DNA of 64,000 nt. It comes from Bacteroidota bacterium. Its GTDB lineage: Bacteria; Bacteroidota; Bacteroidia; UKL13-3. Shown piece by piece: positions 48,501-57,991 of the stretch. The notes under the pieces were generated by a model. That model did no database searches. It worked only from the letters and a program-made list of their open reading frames with translations, and had not been told where the DNA came from. Position numbers and translations under genes: made by a program. Numbering within the stretch: position 1 is the stretch's first letter; each line of letters opens with the position of its first letter. The stretch is taken from assembly GCA_013298895.1 (NCBI GenBank), contig JAAFJM010000009.1, forward strand, positions 18,619 through 82,618, written 5' to 3'.

Positions 48501-50569
48501 ATAATGGCAGTTATGGATTTATGCAAAGTACTTTTGAGCAATATAGCAATACAATAGGAATGGATAAAGTATTGGTAGATTCAATTGCTAAACAAATTTC
48601 ATTTGTAAATAGTGAATTAGTTATTGGAATTCAAAACAAAAGATTTGACCATAGAAATATGGGAGTAATTATTCCATATCAATTAAACCAAGGTGTAGGT
48701 ACATGCCCGGGTAATACAGTGGTAGCCTTGGTATTTGAACCATCGCAGGTTGATATTCCTTACGAGATTCCTAACTATCCATTTAACTGCCAATTTATTC
48801 AAGATAATAAAGAAAATAGAAGTAGAAGATATTACCCTTTTGGAACTGAAACTTTATCTGGAAGAAGTGAATTTAAACGTTTTATTGACAGTATTCCCTC
48901 TGGATATTATGTAGCTATTTTTTCGAGATATAACAGTGATATTAACAATTGGGACCAAGCCACTTTAAATAGCTTAAAAAAACTTGGTTCGGTAAAAATA
49001 CCACAAATAAAAAGTAACAATACTGCTTGGGCAATAATTAGTAAAAAAGATGCTGAACCTGGATTCGCTGTGGAAGATACAGTAAATAATGATTCGCTAG
49101 GAGCCTTAGTTAATATGGGGTTGGTAGGATTACCGCCTGCCACCAATCAACCGCAAGACTCTAAAATTTTAGTAATAAAGAAAGGCCTTATTACCAAGTG
49201 GCATACAGGAAGCATTGTGTCAATTCCATTTGGTCCTGTTAGCAGTTGGAATAAACTCAACTTTAATTTTATAGAAAGTGATAATTCAACCAATAGCAAA
49301 TTAAATATTGATTTACTTGGAGTAAATGTCAATGGAATGGATACACTTCTATTCAAAAACATCACAGCTACTAATTTTGATATTAGTACAATAGATGCTA
49401 AAAAAATCCCATTCTTAAAGATTAAATTAAATATGGAAGATAGCGCCAAAAGAACCCCACAACAATTTGGATATTGGCAATTATTAGCTTCGCCAATTGC
49501 AGAGGCTAAGCTTTCTCCAAATATTGCATTTAGCTTAAAAAACAATCCTATTGAAGAAGGAGATTCGTTACAATTAGAAATGGGGATTGAAAATATTAGC
49601 AATACCAATTACGAACCCACTAACTTGAACATAAAAATTGTTAATGAAATGCGGGCGGTTAAATATGAAAAAAATATACCCTTAGACACCATTAATGGCA
49701 ATAGTTTTACAATTGCAAAAACAAAACTTGCCACATTAGGGTTACAAAAAAACAATACTGTTCAGTTTTCATTGAATAATAATAGAAAAACAAATGAATT
49801 AACTTTTGCAAATAACTTTTTCTCAACCAATTTTGACGTTAAAAATGATAAAAGTAATCCATTCTTAGAAGTTACATTTGATGGATCTAAAATAATGAAT
49901 GGTGAAATTGTATCAGCTACCCCAATCATTAACATTACCTCAACTGATAATAACAAATTCATTTTCCAAAAAGATACTGCTTTATTTAATGTGTTACTCA
50001 GAAAACCTAATAGTATTGATTTTGAACGTATCAATTTGAATAGCCCTGAAATTGAATTTATTCCAGCTAAAAACAATAGCAATAAATCAACAATTTTATA
50101 CAGACCTAAAAATCTAACTGATGGAGAATATTCATTAAGAATACAAAGCATGGATGCAGTTGGAAACCCATCAGGAACGAATGATTATGAAGTTTCGTTT
50201 GAAATAATAAACAAATCAAGTATCAGTAATTTTTTACCTTACCCTAATCCTGCTACAACCAATATAAGATTCATTTTTACTTTAACAGGTAGCGTATTAC
50301 CTGATGATTTGTTGATCAGAATTTCTACCATTTCAGGAAAAGTAGTTAAGGAAATAAACAAACAGGAATTTGGTAATATTAAGTTTGGTAATAATATTAG
50401 CGAATATGCTTGGGACGGGAATGATATGTATGGAGATAGATTAGCAAACGGTGTTTATTTATACCAAGTATTTACTACAATAAATCAAAAAAATATAGAA
50501 AACTACAAAATAATTAATAATGATAAATACTTTACACAAGGAGTTGGAAAAATTTACCTGATGCGATAA
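45533..50569 (+). CDS. Large C25-family (gingipain / PorU-like) cysteine peptidase with T9SS CTD
   Basis: Signal peptide, GNEWI, YKIKIVEQGIYKI, YLLLLGRG, GRIPA, putative dyad FLGHGS / FNGC, GDPAL and CTD PYPNP...NGVYLY. Confidence 0.9.
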   Translation: MKKLLIIVTILFLKLNGFAQVMGNEWIKTNQPYYKIKIVEQGIYKIDSNTLAQLGVNLTGLNPNRFQIFKNGQEQACYIYGESDAIFNSDDYLIFYGTKNDGTLDTELYKNAYDQPHQYNSLFSDTSVYFLTILPNNSAILGKRFTKFNETNYNAYTAENYFINEIIEAPLEEYYRGKSELVGPGDFYYFSEYTSGESWVDVRFGLGENKTYSLNTPHLFAGGPEAILETKVFGVSDDKSNKINHHLKFGISNDNTNYTTLKDTTYTGYTETNYYNILSNSLIGNTTHIKFENIPDLNLSSDYNSISLIKLKYACLFDFQNYKDLLFKHKTQQNASRIYFQINNYSKSKPVILDLKNNIISTCNLIGNTLNSLTPNFNNEQLFYIFDESDIRSIGSLELVNMNYIQPNLNTEFLIISNKKIETAAIAYKNYRTQKFNTSLVYSNDLYNQFYYGYEHPLAVSHLLKYLYNNQTIKPSYLLLLGRGYQNNLIRNGFQDAYNNNLVPAIGEPSSDHMFSIGLNQSMPYTPALATGRIPAANNEEAFNYLNKLINYEKDTIFDIDWRKQVLHVSGGSGSEQIDYTNQANYNKSLISNLYYGANVTSFNKNTSGTVQTDFKPILIKELNSGKSMMTFLGHGSLSVLDVDFGRISDMQNTNKYTFFYFNGCNIGNANDADPQGSGNIYGKDFIVAPNKGAIGWLAHSNLTLSNQLFIQMNTFYKNFSKDYYGSSIGKIIQQTLAVTTVSGGLYEVSHGNQILFQGDPALRIGSPLLPDYEIKNTDVFLSDKNITALVDSFEINGIVKNLGKANNDTVFVLIEHTTSSNNLTYRYDSILLITPLYKDTFSVKLPGKGKSMIGDNIFKITIDYLNLKNEINEINNETTVTKFIPGSGINTIYPTNYSIVNSDSVELVAQNNDLRTENKEYIFEIDNSHLFNTNSPFYQTSGIINANDLVKWKIKLNSSDTTVYYWRVKINVPETQGGIWNNASFTKIHNGSYGFMQSTFEQYSNTIGMDKVLVDSIAKQISFVNSELVIGIQNKRFDHRNMGVIIPYQLNQGVGTCPGNTVVALVFEPSQVDIPYEIPNYPFNCQFIQDNKENRSRRYYPFGTETLSGRSEFKRFIDSIPSGYYVAIFSRYNSDINNWDQATLNSLKKLGSVKIPQIKSNNTAWAIISKKDAEPGFAVEDTVNNDSLGALVNMGLVGLPPATNQPQDSKILVIKKGLITKWHTGSIVSIPFGPVSSWNKLNFNFIESDNSTNSKLNIDLLGVNVNGMDTLLFKNITATNFDISTIDAKKIPFLKIKLNMEDSAKRTPQQFGYWQLLASPIAEAKLSPNIAFSLKNNPIEEGDSLQLEMGIENISNTNYEPTNLNIKIVNEMRAVKYEKNIPLDTINGNSFTIAKTKLATLGLQKNNTVQFSLNNNRKTNELTFANNFFSTNFDVKNDKSNPFLEVTFDGSKIMNGEIVSATPIINITSTDNNKFIFQKDTALFNVLLRKPNSIDFERINLNSPEIEFIPAKNNSNKSTILYRPKNLTDGEYSLRIQSMDAVGNPSGTNDYEVSFEIINKSSISNFLPYPNPATTNIRFIFTLTGSVLPDDLLIRISTISGKVVKEINKQEFGNIKFGNNISEYAWDGNDMYGDRLANGVYLYQVFTTINQKNIENYKIINNDKYFTQGVGKIYLMR

Positions 50570-51525
50570 GTTTTATTAATAAACAACCATACTATACCTA
50601 CAAACCCTGCGAAAACAGTAAATAAAGTTTGGAAACCATGAATGATAAACGACATTCCTAGTGCCAATTCTTTATCAATACCCATAGCTGTTAATCCAAA
50701 TACTATTGCTAAATGATAAGCTCCAATTGCACCACCAGGCAAAGGAAGAGAGCGAGCAACAGTACCAATCATCATAATTTGAAATGCTTGAAATGGAGAA
50801 AGATTTGATGTAGATTCAAAAACAAAAAACCACAAATAAGTCATTAAGTAATAGCTTAACCAAATAAAGATAGTGTGTAATGAAAACCTCAAATTAACCA
50901 AAAGCGATAACATGTCTTTTAAATTATTGATAAAACCTACAAGCCAAGAATCTTTTGTTTTAAATTTATTATAAATAACAAATCCAATAATTGCTATTGT
51001 TATACCAACAACAATAACTGCCCAAATGCGATAATTTTTAATGAATTGACTAGGATTTACCAAATTTGTAATTAAATAATTATTGGAGGTAAATTCTATT
51101 CCAAAAACAAATACTAATAAAATTACCAAACATAATAAATCAACTATTCTTTCAAAAAATGTACTTGATACACTTTGGCTAATTGATACATTATCGGTTT
51201 TTTTTAACAACATACATTTAACTACTTCTCCCCCACGAGGAAATATATAACTTACCAAATAGCCTATTGCAATTGCTGAGAAATTATTCATAAAACCAAT
51301 ATTGGCATTTACTTTTTTTAAAATAATATTCCACCTGTAAATTCTAGAAACATATGCCAAAATAGAAATAATAAAAACCCATAAAGCTACCCAATAATTG
51401 CCATCAATAAGAGTATTATAAAACGAGTTTACATCTATTTTATTAAAGCTAAGTTTTAGTAAAACTATGCTAATAATAATAAATATTAAATATTGAAAAC
51501 CAACAAATATCTTTGATTTAAACAT
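50554..51525 (-). CDS. Lysylphosphatidylglycerol synthase TM-like (UPF0104) flippase-type membrane protein
   Basis: RIYRW, PRGGEVVK, FERIVD and PLPGGAIGAYH. Multiple TM segments. Confidence 0.85.
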   Translation of the reverse strand: MFKSKIFVGFQYLIFIIISIVLLKLSFNKIDVNSFYNTLIDGNYWVALWVFIISILAYVSRIYRWNIILKKVNANIGFMNNFSAIAIGYLVSYIFPRGGEVVKCMLLKKTDNVSISQSVSSTFFERIVDLLCLVILLVFVFGIEFTSNNYLITNLVNPSQFIKNYRIWAVIVVGITIAIIGFVIYNKFKTKDSWLVGFINNLKDMLSLLVNLRFSLHTIFIWLSYYLMTYLWFFVFESTSNLSPFQAFQIMMIGTVARSLPLPGGAIGAYHLAIVFGLTAMGIDKELALGMSFIIHGFQTLFTVFAGFVGIVWLFINKTYRIR

Positions 51526-51527
51526 GG

Positions 51528-54245
51528 CTATTTTACTTGATATACAAATAATTTATTGTCAAAATCGGATGTGATTAAAAAATAATTCTCATCGTTATTT
51601 AAATGACCAAAAGTGAAGAAATAATTGGCATTAACAGGGAAGTTTTCTAGTAAGGAATTATTTAATTTTTCTAAATAAACCTTACCTTTTAAACTATCGA
51701 GGTAACAAACATGCACAGCTCCATTTTTATAAATTAATTCAAGCTGAGGACTAGAAGAATCTGTAAGATTTTTAGTATAAATCCTATTTCCTATACTGTT
51801 AAATAAGTTAACTTTCTGATTTCTGTTTTCATAAAAATAAAAGTTACTATTTAAGTCAAAATTATCTGTGGGAATAAAATTAATATTTGTTAGTATGATA
51901 TCCTTTTTAGTCCCATTAGTGTGGTATTCTTTTACCTTAAAATTATTGGTAGAATCAATATAATAAAATTTTATAAAACCAGTATCAATAACTTGGTGGT
52001 TCATGTATTTATAAACAGCATTACTATCTAATCCAAAATAAGAATATGGCTTCCCATTAAATTGATAAAAATTGAGTTTACCTTTTTCGTTAATAACATA
52101 ACTAATTAATTCATTTCTGAATTTAAACGACTTAATATTTTGAATTGGATTAGGATAACTATTCTTTGGATTCCAACCACTTTGAAGCCTACCTTGAATA
52201 TTGTAACACCAAATTTTATAATACTTACCAACAGCAAAAATTTGATACGACTTATCATTTAAATAATCACTAACTTGAATTGGATAATTAGTTCCTGTTG
52301 GTATCCAAATGGGATATCCTTGCACATTTTTACCAGTTTCATCAATTAAATATATTTGACTATTGGTATTAAACAAATATTGCGTATTTCCGTTGTTAAA
52401 GGCATCTACTTGATTAACATTCCCTACTATTTTCCCTGAAATTGGTACCTTAAATAGAACCTTACTTTCATTATTGATTAAGTAAACTTGATTTCTCAAA
52501 TCTTGAATAAAAATACAGTTTTGGTTAGTACTTGAATTAAATACAATTTGCGGTTTTATGGCTAAATTTGTATCAATAGCTAACTCCCATAGTAATTCAG
52601 TTTTACTGTTTGAAGTTGTATTGAAATCAATTTGCACATTGGTTAAATAGTTTTTATCATTAGTGGCATTCATTTGATAACTTACAAATCTTGTCTTTTT
52701 AAAATAACCCATATTTGATTTGTAATCATCTACCAATTCTGAATTAACAATTGACTCCATCTGAGGGACAAATAAATTATTATTAATAAAAAATTCAATA
52801 TTGGAGTTAATGCTAAGTTCTGATTGATGTGCTAAATAATTGGCATCCTTGGCTAATAAATTACCTTTTAATTGACTATTATAAAAACTACTTAAAACCA
52901 ATGCGTTATTGGCAAACAAAACGTACTCGCCATAAACCAAGGCATAATTGGCTTGCTTATTTAAAAAAATATTGCCCCATGTATAATCGAAGTAATTAAG
53001 TAAATTTATTTTGTACAAATTGGGTAATTTACTGATTATTGTATCGGCATTGAGAGAGTCATTTATTGCAATAGCTTTTAGTTGATTTAAAAGCTTTTCT
53101 TTGTTTTTTAATTTAACTGCAAGCACCTCACAACTATCAAAACTGAACTGTACATTACTTAAGTTTACTTGCAAAACCTCATTACCAAAATTTTCAATCA
53201 ATTGATTGTATAGATTATAATTTTGCTTTATGATATTGATGCTATCGCGTGTTATGTTTTTAGTATTTATTTTATTAACTGTGTAATATTCTTTTAAATT
53301 TTGAGCAAATAAATTTTCATTACTAAAATTAACTCCAAAAAAATAACTTGTATTACTTGGCAACAATTTTTTAAAATTAAACTCCTGCGCTTGCATGTTG
53401 TTAAAGCAATCGTAATATTGAAAAGTTACATCATCGGTTATAGTAACACCTTTAAGTGAAATACTGCTATTTGAAACATTAACGCCAAAGGCACTCCATG
53501 CAGCAAAATTGGGAAGATTAGCAGTAACACCTAATTTGGAAAGATCAACGAATGCGCTTAAAAAAGTAGGAATATTTTTATGGTTAATATATAAATTATA
53601 GTTTCCTAAACTTTTCACAAAACTCAACTTATCAAGTTTAGAAGTTTCATATGCCTTCTTGTTATCAATATTAATCAATGTTTCTTCAATCAATTGACCA
53701 TTTTCAGAGATTGCTAAAATCTTATTCTTAAAAGCTAGGCTAAATTTTTTTTGTGTTTTAAAATCAAGAAAATCATAGATAACATTTCCAAAAAACTTTC
53801 TTTTACTTATGGTTAACCTATTTTTATTATTTTGAAATATCCAATTAGTAATATCCGACATTTCGAACTTCTTTTTTGTTTCAAATAAAACCAAAGCATC
53901 AATTGATTTATTAGCATAGCCATGAAAAGAGATAGTTATATTTTCATTACTTTTCCAATCGTTAAAATTTTCTTCAAAACTTAAAATACTATCTAAATAC
54001 CTTATAGAATTATTGGCTTCACCTAATACCTTATTATTGGTAAGTTGTTGCCAAAACAATTGGTTATTCAATAATTTGTATTGTAAACTAAAATTATTAA
54101 CCTCTAATGCCAGGACTGTATTTTGAGGTAACACATTTATAGCATGAATTGACTTAGTATTAATCTTTGAAAAGTAAAATACAAACAAAAAAATTACTAT
54201 TAATACCGAAGTAATTACAACACCTGTTATAAAATTTCTATTCAT
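51528..54245 (-). CDS. Conserved hypothetical exported protein (DUF3352-like)
   Basis: N-terminal signal anchor, 905 aa, and a C-terminal region with beta-propeller-like repeats (QVDAFNNG, DYLNDK, G.P motifs). Confidence 0.6.
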   Translation of the reverse strand: MNRNFITGVVITSVLIVIFLFVFYFSKINTKSIHAINVLPQNTVLALEVNNFSLQYKLLNNQLFWQQLTNNKVLGEANNSIRYLDSILSFEENFNDWKSNENITISFHGYANKSIDALVLFETKKKFEMSDITNWIFQNNKNRLTISKRKFFGNVIYDFLDFKTQKKFSLAFKNKILAISENGQLIEETLINIDNKKAYETSKLDKLSFVKSLGNYNLYINHKNIPTFLSAFVDLSKLGVTANLPNFAAWSAFGVNVSNSSISLKGVTITDDVTFQYYDCFNNMQAQEFNFKKLLPSNTSYFFGVNFSNENLFAQNLKEYYTVNKINTKNITRDSINIIKQNYNLYNQLIENFGNEVLQVNLSNVQFSFDSCEVLAVKLKNKEKLLNQLKAIAINDSLNADTIISKLPNLYKINLLNYFDYTWGNIFLNKQANYALVYGEYVLFANNALVLSSFYNSQLKGNLLAKDANYLAHQSELSINSNIEFFINNNLFVPQMESIVNSELVDDYKSNMGYFKKTRFVSYQMNATNDKNYLTNVQIDFNTTSNSKTELLWELAIDTNLAIKPQIVFNSSTNQNCIFIQDLRNQVYLINNESKVLFKVPISGKIVGNVNQVDAFNNGNTQYLFNTNSQIYLIDETGKNVQGYPIWIPTGTNYPIQVSDYLNDKSYQIFAVGKYYKIWCYNIQGRLQSGWNPKNSYPNPIQNIKSFKFRNELISYVINEKGKLNFYQFNGKPYSYFGLDSNAVYKYMNHQVIDTGFIKFYYIDSTNNFKVKEYHTNGTKKDIILTNINFIPTDNFDLNSNFYFYENRNQKVNLFNSIGNRIYTKNLTDSSSPQLELIYKNGAVHVCYLDSLKGKVYLEKLNNSLLENFPVNANYFFTFGHLNNDENYFLITSDFDNKLFVYQVK

Positions 54246-54261
54246 AAAAAATTAAATCGTT

Positions 54262-54269
54262 CAAAAATA
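54262..54269 (-). promoter_or_regulatory. Bacteroidota -7 promoter element
   Basis: The minus strand reads TATTTTTG, 16 bp upstream of the 54245 start. Confidence 0.45.
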
Positions 54270-54320
54270 ATTGGTATTTAAGTTATTAAATATGTTATTT
54301 GTTCACAATAAAAACTTAAA

Positions 54321-54836
54321 ATGGTTAATATGGATAAGAACAACAACATTTACATTAAAACAGGTTTTACTATTGCAGCTTTTTGCGTTCTACTAGGAGC
54401 CTTTGCTAGTCATTTTTTAAAGGATTTACTCAGCGATACGGAGTTAGCAATATTTGATACAGGTACAAAATATTTATTTTACCATGCGTTAGCAATAATT
54501 ATTGTTTCTTTAAATAGTAGAAAATTTAATCAAAGTGTATTGGATTTATCTATTTTCTTGTTTTTAGGAGGTATGGTGTTTTTTACAGGAAGCCTTTATC
54601 TGTTATCTACAAGAACCATTTGGGGGGGAGATGATTTTGAATGGCTTGGTGCATTAACTCCTATTGGAGGAGTTCTTTTCATATCAGGTTGGTTCTTGTT
54701 AATTTTTAAAGGAATAAAAAATAGTGCTGATAAAATCATTGAAAGTAAGGCTAAAAGAGCAAAAAGAAAGTTTAGGAAATCAAAAAAAGAAGTATCAATT
54801 GAAAACAAGATTGAGAATGTCCAACAAAACAATTAG
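54321..54836 (+). CDS. DUF423 membrane protein
   Basis: LGAFASH, YLFYHA, FTGSLY, LGALTPIGG and GW. Confidence 0.9.
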   Translation: MVNMDKNNNIYIKTGFTIAAFCVLLGAFASHFLKDLLSDTELAIFDTGTKYLFYHALAIIIVSLNSRKFNQSVLDLSIFLFLGGMVFFTGSLYLLSTRTIWGGDDFEWLGALTPIGGVLFISGWFLLIFKGIKNSADKIIESKAKRAKRKFRKSKKEVSIENKIENVQQNN

Positions 54837-54843
54837 GTAATCA

Positions 54844-55329
54844 ATGAAAAGGTTAATTTTAATGCGTCATGCAAAAGCAGAACAAGGCAATTTTGAAACT
54901 ATTGACTTTGACCGAAAACTTGCTAACAAAGGTAAAATAGATGCAAATTCTGCTGCAAAAGCTTTAAAAATGCATTTACATAAAATTGATTTAATCGTAA
55001 GCAGTTCATCAAAACGAACCGCCAAAACTGCGAAAATTGTAGCTGAAAATTTAGATATTGATAAAAAAGAAATAGTTTTGGTTGATGAATTATATGAAGC
55101 AGAAACCAATGCATACATTCATGTAATTAGAAACTTAAGTGATTTAAATGTCAATACGGTATTGCTAGTTGGTCACAACCCTACTATAGGTGCCATGGCC
55201 GCTATAATGAGTGATTTTAAAATACAAGAATTTAAACCAGGCTCATTTGCAGTATTTCAAATTCCTCTAGAGACTTGGAAATTATTTAAAATAGAAGAAA
55301 ACAAATTAGAAATAAGCCATAAACCATAA
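54844..55329 (+). CDS. sixA: SixA-like histidine phosphatase
   Basis: LMRHAK, SSSKRT and LLVGHNP. Confidence 0.88.
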   Translation: MKRLILMRHAKAEQGNFETIDFDRKLANKGKIDANSAAKALKMHLHKIDLIVSSSSKRTAKTAKIVAENLDIDKKEIVLVDELYEAETNAYIHVIRNLSDLNVNTVLLVGHNPTIGAMAAIMSDFKIQEFKPGSFAVFQIPLETWKLFKIEENKLEISHKP

Positions 55330-55336
55330 TAGTTTA

Positions 55337-55753
55337 TCAATTTAATTCAATAAAACGTTGCTTATTTTTTAAATTGATAAAAATTTGGAAGACTATTTCA
55401 TTTTCCAAAATTTCTTTGATTTTTTCAGGCCATTCAATTAAACAAATATTACCACTACTAAAATAATCTTCAACACCCATATCGTAAACTTCTTCAATTG
55501 ATTTTACCCTATAAAAATCAAAATGATAAACTGTTGTACCAACTACCGTTTTATATTCATTTACAATCGAAAAAGTGGGACTACTTACCTCATCAATCAC
55601 ACCTAAACTTTTGCAAATTGATTTTATTAAAGTAGTTTTCCCCGCTCCCATTTCTCCATCAAAAATCCATATTTTATAATCCAAACCCTTCTCAATAATA
55701 TAATTCGAGATCATTGGTAAATCGGTTAATTGGTAATTATTAAGTATGCTCAT
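55337..55753 (-). CDS. tsaE: tRNA threonylcarbamoyladenosine biosynthesis ATPase
   Basis: GEMGAGKTT, SSPTFSIVNEY, HFDFYR and IEWPE. Confidence 0.97.
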   Translation of the reverse strand: MSILNNYQLTDLPMISNYIIEKGLDYKIWIFDGEMGAGKTTLIKSICKSLGVIDEVSSPTFSIVNEYKTVVGTTVYHFDFYRVKSIEEVYDMGVEDYFSSGNICLIEWPEKIKEILENEIVFQIFINLKNKQRFIELN

Positions 55754-55770
55754 TTAGAAATTTTTATCAT

Positions 55771-55778
55771 CAAAAATA
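55771..55778 (-). promoter_or_regulatory. Bacteroidota -7 promoter element for tsaE
   Basis: The minus strand reads TATTTTTG, 17 bp upstream of the start. Confidence 0.45.
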
Positions 55779-55840
55779 AATAATATTGGTATCATTGCTT
55801 ACTTTTATTGAAATTCGCACATAATAATTTAAAAATCTAT

Positions 55841-56416
55841 ATGTTAAATATTGTACTATTTGGCCCTCCAGGTGCTGGCAAAGGAACTCAATCAGAAAAA
55901 TTAATAGCTAAATACAACTTAGTTCATTTATCAACTGGCGATATTTTCAGAGCAAATATTAAAGGAGAAACTGAATTAGGTAAATTAGCCAAAACCTATA
56001 TGGATGGAGGAAACTTAGTTCCTGACGAGGTTACCATTAATATGTTAGCAGCTGAGTTAGACAAAGCGCCAAATGCTAAAGGTTTTATTTTTGATGGTTT
56101 TCCAAGAACGCAAGCACAAGCGGCAGCTTTAGATTCACTTTTGGCATCAAAAAACACTTCAATTACTTCTATGCTTGCATTAGAAGTGGAAGAAGAAGAA
56201 CTAAAGAAACGTTTGTTAATTAGAGGAAAAGATAGTGGCCGTGCCGATGATCAGAATCCTGAAATTATTCAAAATCGAATAAACGAATACAACAACAAAA
56301 CCATGCCTGTTAAAGATTTTTATGCTGCCCAAAATAAGTATAAAGGTATCAATGGCATTGGCGAAATTGAAAGAATTTTTGCATTGCTTTGCAACGAAAT
56401 TGAACAAGCTATTTAG
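55841..56416 (+). CDS. adk: Adenylate kinase (short LID type)
   Basis: GPPGAGKGTQ, HLSTGD, DGFPRT and GRADD. ATG 55841 was preferred over the TTG at 55808. Confidence 0.97.
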   Translation: MLNIVLFGPPGAGKGTQSEKLIAKYNLVHLSTGDIFRANIKGETELGKLAKTYMDGGNLVPDEVTINMLAAELDKAPNAKGFIFDGFPRTQAQAAALDSLLASKNTSITSMLALEVEEEELKKRLLIRGKDSGRADDQNPEIIQNRINEYNNKTMPVKDFYAAQNKYKGINGIGEIERIFALLCNEIEQAI

Positions 56417-56620
56417 CTATTAGTTCTTAGTTGTCGGTTGATAGTTGATAGAAATTCAAAGCAATTTAACCATTCAGCAATTTAGAAACCTAGGTTGTCC
56501 TTAGATAGTTGATTGTTGAAAGAAATTCAATGTAACTTAACAATCTAACCATACAGCATTAGAACAATTAAGCAATCAAAAAATCTAAAAATCACCAAAT
56601 TCAAAAATCAATAAATAAAA
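56417..56620 (+). repeat. Periodic intergenic spacer: G/T-rich heptamers then C/A-rich octamers
   Basis: 56417-56451 reads ctattag ttcttag ttgtcgg ttgatag ttgatag. 56541-56620 holds ten in-phase octamers from caatctaa to aaataaaa. Confidence 0.7.
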
Positions 56621-56621
56621 A

Positions 56622-57611
56622 ATGTCAGAGTCAAACTTTGTAGATTACGTTAAAATATGTTGCCGAAGTGGCAAGGGGGGAAAGGGTGCAATGCATTTTA
56701 TGCGCGATAAACATACTGCTAAAGGTGGCCCGGATGGTGGTGATGGTGGCAGAGGTGGACATATTATACTTCGCGGAAGTAATAACGCTTGGACATTATT
56801 GCATTTAAAATACCGTAAACATGTAATAGCAGAACCAGGAGGAAATGGAGATGCAGCTTTGCGCCATGGTGCCAATGGAGAAGATATTTTTATTGATGTG
56901 CCTCTAGGAACCGTTGCTAAAGATGCTGAAACAAATGAGGTTTTAGCCGAAATTACTGAAAATGGTCAAGAGTATATAATTCTTAAAGGCGGAAGAGGTG
57001 GTTTGGGTAATCATCATTTCAAAAACTCAGTAAATCAAAATCCTCGCTATGCGCAACCAGGTGAAGATGGCCGTGAAGAATGGAAGGTTTTAGAACTTAA
57101 AGTGTTGGCCGATATTGGTTTAGTTGGATTTCCAAATGCAGGAAAATCAACCTTATTATCGGTAATTACTGCTGCAAAACCCGAAATAGCCGATTATCCA
57201 TTTACTACTTTGGTACCTAATTTAGGAATTGTAAAATACCATGATTATAAAAGTTTTGTGGTAGCCGATATTCCAGGAATTATTGAAGGTGCTCACGAAG
57301 GAAAAGGCTTAGGAACACGTTTTTTACGCCATATTGAACGAAATGCAACTTTACTCTTTATGATTCCCGCTACTAGCGAAGATATAAAAAGTGAATATAA
57401 AATTTTATTAAATGAGCTGAAGCAATATAACAAAGAGCTTGGCGATAAAAAAAGATTGCTTGCCATTACCAAATGTGATTTGGTGGATGAAGAAACTTTA
57501 AAGGCAATTAAGAAATTACTACCACGTGGTATTCCGAACATTTTTATAAGCTCTGCTAATAATAAAAATATTAGTGAACTAAAAGATAAGTTGTGGGAAA
57601 TGATTAATTAA
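56622..57611 (+). CDS. obgE: GTPase Obg
   Basis: [34 protein letters not shown] and TKCD. Confidence 0.97.
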   Translation: MSESNFVDYVKICCRSGKGGKGAMHFMRDKHTAKGGPDGGDGGRGGHIILRGSNNAWTLLHLKYRKHVIAEPGGNGDAALRHGANGEDIFIDVPLGTVAKDAETNEVLAEITENGQEYIILKGGRGGLGNHHFKNSVNQNPRYAQPGEDGREEWKVLELKVLADIGLVGFPNAGKSTLLSVITAAKPEIADYPFTTLVPNLGIVKYHDYKSFVVADIPGIIEGAHEGKGLGTRFLRHIERNATLLFMIPATSEDIKSEYKILLNELKQYNKELGDKKRLLAITKCDLVDEETLKAIKKLLPRGIPNIFISSANNKNISELKDKLWEMIN

Positions 57612-57804
57612 TAATTAATTTCAAACTAATATGTGTTGTAATTGGCATCAAAAAACTTGAGAATATTTCTCACCTAAAAACTTTCCCCATACCTGTTCAA
57701 GTTATTTTTATAAAAAATGAAGATGCTGAAATAACAGATGATAGGTATAAAAATAAATACTTTATTGGTACCATTATGAAATATACAAATTGGGTGTAAT
57801 AAAC

Positions 57805-57991
57805 AATCCTGAAAGTATTGAATATGAATAGCCACGAATGCAATGCATGGATGAAAATGAGCCAAGCAAAACAACTCTGAAGGAGTTGAATATACATGCT
57901 GTTATTTAACCCTTTCAGGATTAGTTTATATCTAAATAAATAATACTGGGTTAACATCAAAGCCTATTCGGATTCAACTCATTAAGAGTTG
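57805..57991. repeat. Degenerate REP/BIME-like cluster of nested inverted repeats
   Basis: aatcctgaaag (57805) pairs with ctttcaggatt (57912). caactctgaaggagttgaat (57872) matches the reverse complement of 57972-57991 at 18/20. Confidence 0.65.

Noticed and set aside
54700-54836. Lys/Arg-rich C-terminal tail on the DUF423 protein
   Set aside because: It is low-complexity and A-rich, with no evidence of a distinct domain.
57626-57800. Open plus-strand frame ...KLENISHLKTFPIPVQVIF...KYTNWV
   Set aside because: It has no start codon near its beginning and no recognisable homology, so it cannot be supported as a gene or pseudogene.
57697-57960. 87-aa minus-strand ORF and 66-aa ORF 57674-57874
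   Set aside because: Both run through the REP-like cluster, have no recognisable motifs and have a composition typical of AT-rich non-coding DNA.
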